A stretch of DNA of 64,000 nt from Myxococcota bacterium. Its GTDB lineage: Bacteria; Myxococcota_A; UBA9160; UBA4427. Shown here one piece after another: positions 9,824 to 18,890 of the stretch (position 1 is the stretch's first letter; each line of letters opens with the position of its first letter). The stretch covers positions 2,368,001 through 2,432,000 of the forward strand of contig OZ252299.1 in the NCBI GenBank assembly GCA_965250285.1. Direction: 5' to 3'. The notes under the pieces are model-generated. The model was not told where the DNA came from and searched no databases. It was given only the letters and a program-made list of their open reading frames with translations. The translations under genes were made by a program, and so were the position numbers.

Positions 9824-11077
9824 TCAGCGCACGCGAAAGCGCACCGGCACCCGGCCCGGCACGCGGAAGAGCGACCGGCCCCACTGCGTCTTCTCGTCGA
9901 GCAGCTCGAAGTCACCGAAGCGCTGCACGATGCGACCGATCGCGATCTGCGACTCGAGGCGCGCGAGGTGGGCGCCGAGGCAGACGTGGTTCCCACCGCC
10001 GAACGAGAGCTGCGCCGGCGGCGCGGGCTTGGCCGCGAAGCGCGCGACGTCGAAGCGCTCGGGGTCGGCGTAGGCGGCCGGGTCGCGGTTGCCGGCTGCG
10101 AGACCGATCGCAACCTCTTCGTCGACCTCCATGCGATAGCCGCCGATCTCGAAGGGCTCGTGCAGAATCCGCACGGTCCAGGTGATCGGCCCCGAGTAGC
10201 GCAGACACTCTTCGGTGGCGCTCTCGATCAGGTCGGGTTCGCGGTGCAGGCGCTCGAGCTCGCGCGGGTTCTGGATCAGGGTCGTCAGCCCGTTGGCGAT
10301 GAGCCCGATCGTCGTCTCGAAGCCCGCGATCAGCAGGCCGATCGACTGCACGAGCAGCTCGGGGCCGCTCAGGCGATCGCCCTCTTCCTCGGCGCGGATC
10401 AGGCCCGTCAGCAGATCGTCGCGCTCATCTCCGCGGCGCCGCTCGATCAGCGCGTTGAAGTAGCCAGCGAGCGCCGTGACCGCCGCTTCCACCCGCTCGA
10501 CGAGCTCGGGAGGTGCGTTGCCACGTCGAAGCGCGAGCCCGTGCGTGGCATCGGCCGTCCACTCGGTGAACGTGTCGCGGTCTTCGACGGGCACGCCGAG
10601 CATCTCGCAGATCAGCGTGGCCGGGACCGGCAACGCCAGATCCTTGACCAGATCCATCTCGCCGCGGTCGGCGACCGCATCGAGCAGCTCGTCCGTGACG
10701 GCCTCGATGCGGGGACGCCAGGCGGCGATCGAACGCGGCGTGAAGGCCTTGCTGACGAGCTTGCGCAGGCGCGTGTGCTTGGGCGGATCGGTCAGCAGCA
10801 TGAACTGGCTGCCGCCCTCGGCCTCGGCGTGCTCGACCGTCTCGCCCGGCAAGGTGCCGTTGGTCTGTCGCATGCCGGCACCCTGAAAGCGCAGCATGCG
10901 CAGGCAGTCGTCGTAGCGCGTCACGCGCCAGACACCCTCGGGCGTGAGGCTCACCGGCTGCGTCTCGCGCAGGTTCCGGTGGAAGGGGTACGGGTTCTCG
11001 TTGTACGCGGGGTCGAACGGATCCGCGCCGTGCCAGCCGGGCTCGGGGCGCTGTGCAGTCGAGATCGCTTCACTCAT
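9824..11077 (-). CDS. Cytochrome P450
   Basis: DPPKHTRLRKL, I-helix AGFETT, EECLRY, heme ligand FGGGNHVCLG. Confidence 0.95.
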   Translation of the reverse strand: MSEAISTAQRPEPGWHGADPFDPAYNENPYPFHRNLRETQPVSLTPEGVWRVTRYDDCLRMLRFQGAGMRQTNGTLPGETVEHAEAEGGSQFMLLTDPPKHTRLRKLVSKAFTPRSIAAWRPRIEAVTDELLDAVADRGEMDLVKDLALPVPATLICEMLGVPVEDRDTFTEWTADATHGLALRRGNAPPELVERVEAAVTALAGYFNALIERRRGDERDDLLTGLIRAEEEGDRLSGPELLVQSIGLLIAGFETTIGLIANGLTTLIQNPRELERLHREPDLIESATEECLRYSGPITWTVRILHEPFEIGGYRMEVDEEVAIGLAAGNRDPAAYADPERFDVARFAAKPAPPAQLSFGGGNHVCLGAHLARLESQIAIGRIVQRFGDFELLDEKTQWGRSLFRVPGRVPVRFRVR

Positions 11078-11183
11078 GCCGGCGAGAATAGCCCTTCACG
11101 CGACGGCGAGACCGACCGGGCCGCGCGACGGCTCCGGCGGGGGCGAGCGGAGTCACAGCCGACCGCATCGCGCAGGGTCGCCG

Positions 11184-11621
11184 TCAGGGCTCGCGGTAGA
11201 ACGGCGCGCGGCGACGCACGCGGTCGAGGATCGACAGGTCGGTCGGCGGCACGTCGTAGCCTTCAGGAAACGGCGGACGTCCACCGAGCCCGAGCGCAAC
11301 GAGCACCTCGCGGTGCTGGTAGTAGGCGACGAACGTCTGCGAGAGCACCGCCGAGAAGAAGGCCGGCTCGGCGGCGGGCATCTCGGAGAACGCGGCGCGG
11401 CGCTCCTCGCCCCCTAGCGCCGCGAACGACGCCGCGCCCGCTGCGCGCGCCCGTTCGTCGAGTGCATCGAGCCCGGCCTCGATGAGCGGCGCGAGATCGG
11501 GGCGCGCGATCAGGGCCTGGGCCAGGCCGAGCTGCCCAGCCCCGGGCATCGACCCGTCGGCGGCCGGCGGGATCACCTCGTCGAGCACGAGCCCAAGCGC
11601 GTGCAGCCGATCATCGGTCAT
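11184..11621 (-). CDS. Gluconate 2-dehydrogenase subunit 3-like small subunit
   Basis: LDEVIPP...MPGAG, FAAL...R, FF...AYYQH; lies directly downstream of a GMC gene. Confidence 0.75.
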   Translation of the reverse strand: MTDDRLHALGLVLDEVIPPAADGSMPGAGQLGLAQALIARPDLAPLIEAGLDALDERARAAGAASFAALGGEERRAAFSEMPAAEPAFFSAVLSQTFVAYYQHREVLVALGLGGRPPFPEGYDVPPTDLSILDRVRRRAPFYREP

Positions 11622-11652
11622 CGGTCGGTTCCCCTGAGCCTGCGCGGCTCGT

Positions 11653-13257
11653 TCAGTCGAAGAGCGTCGAGAGGTTCTGCTTGATCTGATCGGCGACGTA
11701 GAGCGCGATCGCCTGGATGCTGTTGCATGGATTCACGCCGCCCGACGTCACGAAGACGCTGCCATCGATCACGAAGAGGTTGGGCACGTCGTGCGAGCGC
11801 CCCATCGCGTCGACCACCGAGCGTTCGGGATCGGTGCCCATGCGCGCCGTGCCCATCAGGTGCCATCCCGCCATCGCGAGCGGCGAATCGGATACGACCT
11901 GCTTGGCGCCAGCGGCGTCGAGCGCCTCGGTCGCGCGCGCGATGCCGAAGTCGAGCATACGCCGGCTGTTCTCGCTGAGGCGGTAGCTGATCTTCGGCGC
12001 CGGGATCCCGTTTCCGTCGACCCGATCGGGATCGAGAGTCACGCAGTTGTGCTCTTCGGGCAGGTCCTCGCAGATCGCCATCATGCCGCCCATCCGATCG
12101 AAGACGCTTCGGTACGACGCGTGATGTCGCTCGCCCCACTCGACCAGGCCATGCCCCATCCCGAGCAGCGACGTCGTGATCGGGCCGAGCCCACGCACCA
12201 TCTCGAACGAGAAGCCGCGCACGAAGTCTCGATCGGGGTCGGTCTCGTAGAACTCGTGGCTCCAGAGCGCACACCCGGTCGGCCCCTGGTGCGCGAGCAG
12301 CGGCTCGTCGAACACACCGAGCACCATCGCGTATGGATGAAACATCAGGTTCTTGCCGACGAGCCCGCTGCGGTTGGCCAGACCATCGGGGAACGCCTTC
12401 GATGTCGAGTTGAGCAGCAGCCGCGGCGTCCCCACCCCGCTGCAAGCCAGCACGACGATCTCGGCGAGGAGGCGCTGCTCGACACCCTGTTCGTCGTAGT
12501 AGACGACCCCGTCGGCCATGCCGTCTTCGCGGATCAGGATCTCACGCACGCGGCAATGGGTTCGCAGCTCCACGCCCCTGCGCTCGGCTTCGGGCCAGTA
12601 CGTGAGATCGGTGCTGGCCTTGGCGCCCTGGGCGCAGCCCGAGATGCATGGCCCCAGGTTCTTGCACGGCGCGCGCCCGCGATACTCCTCGGTGGCGATC
12701 GCGCTGTCCGATGGCCACCAGTGCCAGCCGAGGGCGTCGAACCCGCTCGCAATCTTCTCACCGAGCGCGCCGAGCGGCACCGGCGGCATCGGCACCGCCT
12801 TCGGCGGATACGCCGGATCGCCGGGCACCCCCGCCACGCCCATCATGAGCGCGTTCTCGTCGAAGTACGGCTCGAGGGTCGCGTAGTCGATCGGCCAGTC
12901 GTCGGCGACGCCATCCAGGCTCTTCACTCGGAAGTCCGACGGCTTGAGCCTTGGAAAGTGCGCCGCGTAGAGGATCGTGCTGCCGCCGACCGCGTTGAAG
13001 TTGGCGATCTTGATCGGCGAGTCGTCGTCGTTGATCGGGTAGTCGTCCGGACGACCCCGGGTGTTCGGACTCGTCGCGAAGGGCCCCGAGCCGCGCACCT
13101 CCCAATCCTCGAAGTTCGTGGGGTACTCGGTGGGTTTGATCCAGCCCCCCTGCTCGAGGCAGACGATGCGCATGCGGGTGTCGGCCATGCTCCAGGCGAA
13201 AGCCGCGCCCGCTGCGCCGGCACCGATCACCAGCACGTCTACCCGTTCTTCACGCAT
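11653..13257 (-). CDS. GMC family oxidoreductase (flavoprotein subunit)
   Basis: MREERVDVLVIGAGAAG, VGGSTILY, C-x3-GPC-x3-C, LVGKNLMFH, HLMGTARMG, VPNLFVIDGS. Confidence 0.93.
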   Translation of the reverse strand: MREERVDVLVIGAGAAGAAFAWSMADTRMRIVCLEQGGWIKPTEYPTNFEDWEVRGSGPFATSPNTRGRPDDYPINDDDSPIKIANFNAVGGSTILYAAHFPRLKPSDFRVKSLDGVADDWPIDYATLEPYFDENALMMGVAGVPGDPAYPPKAVPMPPVPLGALGEKIASGFDALGWHWWPSDSAIATEEYRGRAPCKNLGPCISGCAQGAKASTDLTYWPEAERRGVELRTHCRVREILIREDGMADGVVYYDEQGVEQRLLAEIVVLACSGVGTPRLLLNSTSKAFPDGLANRSGLVGKNLMFHPYAMVLGVFDEPLLAHQGPTGCALWSHEFYETDPDRDFVRGFSFEMVRGLGPITTSLLGMGHGLVEWGERHHASYRSVFDRMGGMMAICEDLPEEHNCVTLDPDRVDGNGIPAPKISYRLSENSRRMLDFGIARATEALDAAGAKQVVSDSPLAMAGWHLMGTARMGTDPERSVVDAMGRSHDVPNLFVIDGSVFVTSGGVNPCNSIQAIALYVADQIKQNLSTLFD

Positions 13258-13626
13258 CGAAGCCGACCTCCCGAGCCCACCCGCTCGTCGCGCGCCCCGC
13301 GCGCGCTTCGAGACCGACCTGGAACCCGGCCCAGAATCTAGCGGGCGCGCTCCGGGGCGGCCGAGCCCGTGACGCCCCTCCGAACCCCGTCCAGCATGCG
13401 ATCCGGATCGGATCCCGATGGAGACCGCGCCCCAGTGGCTCCCAGCGCGATCGCCGATCGGACACGATGCGAATCGGTACAGAATTGCGTCGTCTGCGTT
13501 GAAGACGGCCGCAGACGATTCGATCATGTACGTTTTGCCGACCGAGGCCTTCGCGGCCTTGCACGTTCTTCGTCTACCCCCCGCAGCCGATCCCCGTCGC
13601 GCGCGCAACCGCGCGCAGGAGCCGGT

Positions 13627-15516
13627 ATGTCGACCCCGGGCGCACGGTCCCACAACGCGGTGTTTCGCTGCCTCGCGTGGTGCGTCGTCGTGGCCGGGTT
13701 CGGGGTGGCGCACGTCGACGTCGCCCTCGCGCAGCCGCTCTCCCCCTCGGCACGGGCGCAGATCGAGGCGCTGCTCGAGGCAAAGTCTCGCCGCACGCCC
13801 GACGAAGCCAAACTCGACACGCCGCTCTGGATCGAGCTGATGCGCCGCCGCGGCGATCCCGCGCTCGACGCCCTGCCCCACCTGCGCGGCACCCCGCGAT
13901 TCGACGCCAACGGTCGGGTCCGCGTCGAGATCCGCAGTCGGCCCGAGCTGCGCTCGCGCGATCGCGTCGACCGGATCGAGGCGCGCGTTCGACAGCTCGG
14001 CGGTGCCGTCACACGTCGCAACGCGCGGCGTGGACGCGTCGATGGTCGTCTGACGATCGCCGGCATTCGCAGCCTGATGCGGTCGCCCGACGTCGACGCC
14101 ATTCGGCTGCCCGACCCGGCGGTCACCCAGTCCATCGTCAGCCAGGGCGACGTGGCGCACCGAACCGACCTCGCTCGCATCGCCTTCGCGGCGGACGGCA
14201 GCGGGGTGATGATCTGCGCCCTCTCGGATGGCGTCGGCGAGCTCGCGACGGTCCAGGCCGCCGGCGAGCTGCCCGGGGTCACGGTGCTGCCTGGCGAAGC
14301 GGGTGACGCAGGCGACACCGAGGGCACGGCCATGCTCGAGATCATCCACGATCTCGCACCCGGGGCCGACCTCGGGTTCGCGACGGCGTTCGGTGGCCAG
14401 GCGCGATTCGCGACGAACATCGACGGTCTCGTCGCCCAGGGCTGCGACGTGATCGTCGACGACGTGATCTACCTGACCGAGCCGGTCTTCCAGGACGGCA
14501 TGATCGCGCAGGCCGTCGAAGACGCGGTCGCCACCGGCGTCGTCTACGTCGCCTCGGCCGGGAACTTCGGCAACCTCGACAACGGTTCGTCCGGCGTCGT
14601 CGAAAGCGACTTCGTCGCGGGTTCGAGCGCACACACCGGCGTGGCCCATGATTTCGGCGCCGGCCAGGAGTACGCCCGGATCACCGTCGACCCACAGAAT
14701 GCGATCACGCTCCAGTGGGCCGACTCGATGGGCGCAGCGGCCAACGACTACGACCTCTTCCTCCTCGACTCGACCGGCGCGAACGTGATCGACGCATCGA
14801 CGCTCACCCAAAACGGCAACGACGACCCGATCGAGCTGATCCTCGCCGATGATCGAAACGAGTGGAATCATCGGCTCGTCGTCGTGCTCGCCGCCGGCAG
14901 CCCGCGTTTCTTTCATCTGAATACGCATGGCGGCCGCCTCGACGTCGGCACCGACGGCCAGATCTACGGCCACGCCGCAGCCATGGGCGCCATCGCCACC
15001 GCGGCTGTCCGCACATCGCTCGCGAACGGCGGCGCGTTCGCCGACGACCCGGGCGCGCTCTTCATCGAGACGTTCAGCTCGGACGGCCCGCGCCAGGTGT
15101 TCTTCGAGGCGGACGGCACGCCCATCACCCCAGGTGACTACAGCTCGACCGGCGGCCAGCTGCGCGCCAAGCCCGATGTCACCGCCGCCAACAACGTGGC
15201 CACGGCGACGCCGGGGTTCGCCAAGTTCATCGGCACCTCGGCCAGCGCGCCCCACGTTGCGGGCATCGTCGGGTTGATGCTCGATATCCGCCCGATGGCC
15301 GAACCGGGCGAGATCCGCAGCGCGCTGCAGACCACGGCGGTCGACATCGAGACGCCCGGTTTCGACATGCTGGCCGGCCACGGCATCGTCGACGCACTCG
15401 ACGCGCTGCAGGCCGTGGCGCCCGAGCTCGTGCCGAGCCTCGGTCCGGTCGCGCTCGCGGGCCTCGCCTCGTCGGTCGGCCTGCTCGGTTGGTGGCGGGC
15501 CCGAAGGGGTCGCTGA
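13627..15516 (+). CDS. Secreted S8/S53-like serine peptidase with C-terminal IPTL-CTERM-like sorting signal
   Basis: Signal peptide and prodomain, ALSDG, EGTAMLEIIHDLAPGA, ASAGN, FSSDGP, KPDVTA, GTSASAPHVAG; the C-terminus is VPSL + TM + WWRARRGR. Confidence 0.88.
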   Translation: MSTPGARSHNAVFRCLAWCVVVAGFGVAHVDVALAQPLSPSARAQIEALLEAKSRRTPDEAKLDTPLWIELMRRRGDPALDALPHLRGTPRFDANGRVRVEIRSRPELRSRDRVDRIEARVRQLGGAVTRRNARRGRVDGRLTIAGIRSLMRSPDVDAIRLPDPAVTQSIVSQGDVAHRTDLARIAFAADGSGVMICALSDGVGELATVQAAGELPGVTVLPGEAGDAGDTEGTAMLEIIHDLAPGADLGFATAFGGQARFATNIDGLVAQGCDVIVDDVIYLTEPVFQDGMIAQAVEDAVATGVVYVASAGNFGNLDNGSSGVVESDFVAGSSAHTGVAHDFGAGQEYARITVDPQNAITLQWADSMGAAANDYDLFLLDSTGANVIDASTLTQNGNDDPIELILADDRNEWNHRLVVVLAAGSPRFFHLNTHGGRLDVGTDGQIYGHAAAMGAIATAAVRTSLANGGAFADDPGALFIETFSSDGPRQVFFEADGTPITPGDYSSTGGQLRAKPDVTAANNVATATPGFAKFIGTSASAPHVAGIVGLMLDIRPMAEPGEIRSALQTTAVDIETPGFDMLAGHGIVDALDALQAVAPELVPSLGPVALAGLASSVGLLGWWRARRGR

Positions 15517-15598
15517 GGCGTCGACGCGCTCCTTGGCAAAGGACGCGCCGGGTGCCTACGCTCGCAGCCCCTCTCCACGGACGCACCCTGGCGAAATC

Positions 15599-16798
15599 AT
15601 GACTCGAACCCGAAGACGCATGCTGATCGCCGCGACCGCGACCCTCCTCGTCGCTCTGGTCGCCGGGAGTCTCTTCTACGCGACGACGCGTCGCGCGCTC
15701 GAGCGGGCCGAGGCATTTCGATTCAGGCGCATGCTCGTCAATCGGCAGGTCGACGACGGCGCCTATCGCTTCTTCTTCGTCACGAACCGCGCCACCGATC
15801 CGGCGACCGACGACCCCATCGAGCGGTTCGGCCAGACGCGCGGCGACGCGCTCGCCTACGGCCGCTTCGACACCGAGATCGCTCCTTCGCTCGGCGTCGG
15901 CATGCTGATCGATCCGTCGGACTGGTTTCAGAACGAAGAGATCCAGCTGCAGGACGTGCGCGCGCTCTCGCGCGACGCCTTCGTCGAAGAGCTGCGCCAG
16001 CAGGTCGAACGATCCCCCCACCGCTCACTGCTCGTCAACGTGAACGGCTTTCGCGAGCGCTTCGCTTCGGCCCTGCGCAAGACCGCCTTCGTCGGCCATG
16101 TGCTCGACATCGACTCGCCCGTGCTCGTTTTCGACTGGCCGGGGGACCAGGGAAGCTCCCCACGCGGCTACCAGCGTGCCCAGGGGCAGGCCCAGGCGTC
16201 GGGGCAGGATCTCGCCGAGCTCCTCGAGCTCGTCGTAAGCGACGTGCGACCCGAGCGTTTGTGGCTGCTGGCCAATAGCATGGGCGCCGAGGTCGTCGTG
16301 AATGCCTTCGACTCGCTCGCCGACGACCCGGTCTTCGCCGACGCGGGGACCGAGCTCGAGGCCGTGATCCTCACGGCCCCCGACGTCGATCGCGCCAAGT
16401 TCGGCGCGCGCTTCGAAGCGCAGTTGAAGGCGCTCAGCGATGCGCTCATCGTGTACGTGTCGTCGAACGACCGTGCGCTGCTGATGAGTCGCATCCTGAA
16501 TCGTGGCGCTCGACTGGGGGAGAGCACCGTCGAGATCGACCCGAGCAACCCCGATCAGACCGAGGCCGCGGCGGGCGCGTTCTCACTCGTCGAGCCGGGC
16601 AGCGAGCGTGTGACGATCGTCGACGTCACGCCGGTCAATCGCACGCGCAACTTCCACAACTTCAGCCTCGAGACACCCGAGTTCTTCGACGACGTATTCC
16701 TGCGTCTCGTGAACGCCGAGGCGCCCGAGAGCCGTCTGCTCTATCGCGTCCGCACGGGGGACGGACGTGCATACTGGGTGCTGACACCGGGGCGCTGA
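15599..16798 (+). CDS. DUF900-type alpha/beta hydrolase, N-terminally membrane anchored
   Basis: FFVTNR, VFDWPG, LANSMG, LTAPDVD, YVSSNDRAL. Confidence 0.82.
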   Translation: MTRTRRRMLIAATATLLVALVAGSLFYATTRRALERAEAFRFRRMLVNRQVDDGAYRFFFVTNRATDPATDDPIERFGQTRGDALAYGRFDTEIAPSLGVGMLIDPSDWFQNEEIQLQDVRALSRDAFVEELRQQVERSPHRSLLVNVNGFRERFASALRKTAFVGHVLDIDSPVLVFDWPGDQGSSPRGYQRAQGQAQASGQDLAELLELVVSDVRPERLWLLANSMGAEVVVNAFDSLADDPVFADAGTELEAVILTAPDVDRAKFGARFEAQLKALSDALIVYVSSNDRALLMSRILNRGARLGESTVEIDPSNPDQTEAAAGAFSLVEPGSERVTIVDVTPVNRTRNFHNFSLETPEFFDDVFLRLVNAEAPESRLLYRVRTGDGRAYWVLTPGR

Positions 16799-16834
16799 CA
16801 CAGCCGGGGCGCCGGTCGCGCGGGCGCCGCCCCC

Positions 16835-17425
16835 TCAGTCTGCAGTGCGCTCCGGGAAGCGGCGGACGATCTGCCCGACGATTTCGTCGATGCGCCGGGT
16901 GAGCGCATCGCCCTGCAGATCGGAGGGGACGCGTTGCGTGCCCGAACCGCGCCACACGAGCTCGCGGCTCTTCGAATCGAGCAGATCGATGAGGATCGTC
17001 CCCTCCTCGATCTCGCGCACGCGCGTCTCGGACCAGCCCACGCCGCCCCAGCCCCGCGTGCCCCAGCTGCGCCCCATCGGCGCGTGGTGATAGCTGCGGT
17101 TGATGACGCGCACGTCGAGCCGAGAGTCTCGAATGAAGAGGTGGTTCACGAAGAAGTCGGGCGTCTGGTCTGGCCCGACCTGCACGTAGCCGCGCGCCGC
17201 GAGATCACGCTCGATCGCCTTGATGATGCGCTGCGCGAGCAACGGGTCGTCGTCGCGGGGATCGCCGGTGATCTGCGAGACGCGGTCGTACCACGACCAC
17301 GTCTTCCACTGCGAGAAGTCGATGTCCGGGTCGTAGTCGATCCGCGTCCGCACCGACGAGCACGCGCTCGCGGCGAGCAACAGGATGAGCAGACAGGTCG
17401 AGGCGATTGCGCGGTTCTTCATCAT
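16835..17425 (-). CDS. DUF4136 lipoprotein
   Basis: Lipobox AASAC, DYDPDIDFSQWKTWSW, EGTILIDLLD...LVWRG, C-terminal FP. Confidence 0.85.
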   Translation of the reverse strand: MMKNRAIASTCLLILLLAASACSSVRTRIDYDPDIDFSQWKTWSWYDRVSQITGDPRDDDPLLAQRIIKAIERDLAARGYVQVGPDQTPDFFVNHLFIRDSRLDVRVINRSYHHAPMGRSWGTRGWGGVGWSETRVREIEEGTILIDLLDSKSRELVWRGSGTQRVPSDLQGDALTRRIDEIVGQIVRRFPERTAD

Positions 17426-17595
17426 GCCCGCACGCTATCACGCGCGCGGCCCCGCTGACCACGCCCCACCCCGCGGTCGACATCGAAGCCACCCGCCCTC
17501 GGCGCAGACCGGCTCCGGGTTCGGTTCGACGTGATCCCGTGGCGCCCCACAGCGCGGCGCCACACCGGATTCGACGGACGGCACGGACGCACCCG

Positions 17596-18246
17596 TCAGA
17601 TCACGAGCCAGATCGCGGCGAACACGACAGCCCCGACCGCCCACGACCAGCGGTCGGCCGACTGCAGGCCGCCGCTCGCGAGCTCGCGGCCGAGCTCGGC
17701 CTTGGGATCGCCGCCCTGCCGAGCGCGCGTCACAACCGGCACCTCGAAGAGGCTCGCCTTGGCCGCGCGCATGGCGAGCACCGTGAGCAGGGTCAAGCGG
17801 CCGAGCGAGTCGATCGGCACGAGCATCAGCACCAGCACCACCAGCGCCCACGGTGCGAGGATGCCGCCCCAGCTCATCCACTGAAACTGTCGCCCGTCGG
17901 TCGATTCGAACGGGAAGTTGAACATGAAGAAGTAGTTGACCGGCTTGTCGAGGACCGGGGAAGGGGCGCCCGAGAGGCGTGCGCCGCTGAAGTGGCCCCA
18001 CTCGTGTACGAGCGACGCGAGCACGGTCGCGGCGATGAAAGCGTTGGCGACCGAGACGGCCTGCGCGAGGGCCCAGCCGCTGCTGACGGCCCAGGCATCA
18101 CTGGCGCCCCACAGCGTGATCGCGGCCATGGCGGCCGTGAAGTGCAGCGCGCCCATCTTCTTGAGGCGCGCCGTGTCGGCCTTCTTCTCGGCTTCGATCG
18201 CAGCCGCCTCGGCGGCGGGGTCGTGCTCGACGGTGGCTTCACTCAT
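17596..18246 (-). CDS. Hypothetical multi-TM membrane protein with HEWGH motif
   Basis: RBS GGAGA, ATG start MSEATVEH, about 5 hydrophobic helices, LVHEWGH. Confidence 0.7.
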   Translation of the reverse strand: MSEATVEHDPAAEAAAIEAEKKADTARLKKMGALHFTAAMAAITLWGASDAWAVSSGWALAQAVSVANAFIAATVLASLVHEWGHFSGARLSGAPSPVLDKPVNYFFMFNFPFESTDGRQFQWMSWGGILAPWALVVLVLMLVPIDSLGRLTLLTVLAMRAAKASLFEVPVVTRARQGGDPKAELGRELASGGLQSADRWSWAVGAVVFAAIWLVI

Positions 18247-18334
18247 CGTAAGGCTCTCCAGTGCGTGAGGGGGGTCGGGCGCGGCGGCCCGGCCAGTGGG
18301 TGACGCTTTGATGTCGCGAGCGGCGCGTCGGTGA

Positions 18335-18769
18335 TCAAAGTCGCTTGAGGAGCGTGAAAAGTTGTTCGAGCTCGGCGCCCTCGAGCCCGATCGACAGATC
18401 GGCGAGGTGGGCATCGGCCCGCTCGTGCGCGCCCTCGCCCGCCTCGGTGATCGTGACGAACACGCTGCGCTGGTCGTCGACGCTGCGGCTCTTCGTGACG
18501 AGCCCCATTTCGGCCAGCTTCGAGACGGTGCGCGAGACGTTGGGGCTCTCGTCGACCATCACGCCCTTCAGCTGCGAGACGGTGAGCGTGCCTTCGGGTG
18601 CGCTCGCGAGCGCGTGCAGCAGGTTGAGCTGCAGCAGCGACTGCACCTCGCCCCCGATGCGGCTCTCGATGTCGACCTTGATCTCCTGTGCGAGGCACAT
18701 CAGCAGCGCCATGCACTTCTGCTCGAGGTTCATTTCGGAGGACTCGATCACCAGATCCTTGTTCGCCAA
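18335..18769 (-). CDS. MarR-family transcriptional regulator
   Basis: LLQLNLLHAL...LTVSQL...NVSRTVSKLAEMGLV...DQRSVFVTITEAG; TTG start after GGAGG. Confidence 0.9.
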   Translation of the reverse strand: MANKDLVIESSEMNLEQKCMALLMCLAQEIKVDIESRIGGEVQSLLQLNLLHALASAPEGTLTVSQLKGVMVDESPNVSRTVSKLAEMGLVTKSRSVDDQRSVFVTITEAGEGAHERADAHLADLSIGLEGAELEQLFTLLKRL

Positions 18770-18796
18770 GCGCGCCTCCTCGGGGGTCGAGGACTA

Positions 18797-18824
18797 GATT
18801 CCATGATATTTGATTCCATGTCAA
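18797..18824 (-). promoter_or_regulatory. marR promoter region with direct-repeat operator
   Basis: TTGACA on the minus strand (18824-18819). GATTCCATG occurs twice (18797-18805 and 18812-18820) in an AT-rich island. Confidence 0.6.
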
Positions 18825-18890
18825 CAATGATCGGCCGTACGCGGGCTCGCCGTGCTGGGGCCGGCGCATCGGTGCGCGGCGCGCACCCCC

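Noticed and set aside
13258..15381. Apparent 700-aa N-terminal extension making the GMC a 1242-aa fusion
   Set aside because: It is the antisense of the S8 peptidase plus intergenic DNA. The GMC Rossmann motif begins right after ATG 13257.
16799..16834. Intrinsic terminator between convergent genes
   Set aside because: It forms an imperfect GC hairpin without a U tract on either strand, which is expected by chance at this GC content.
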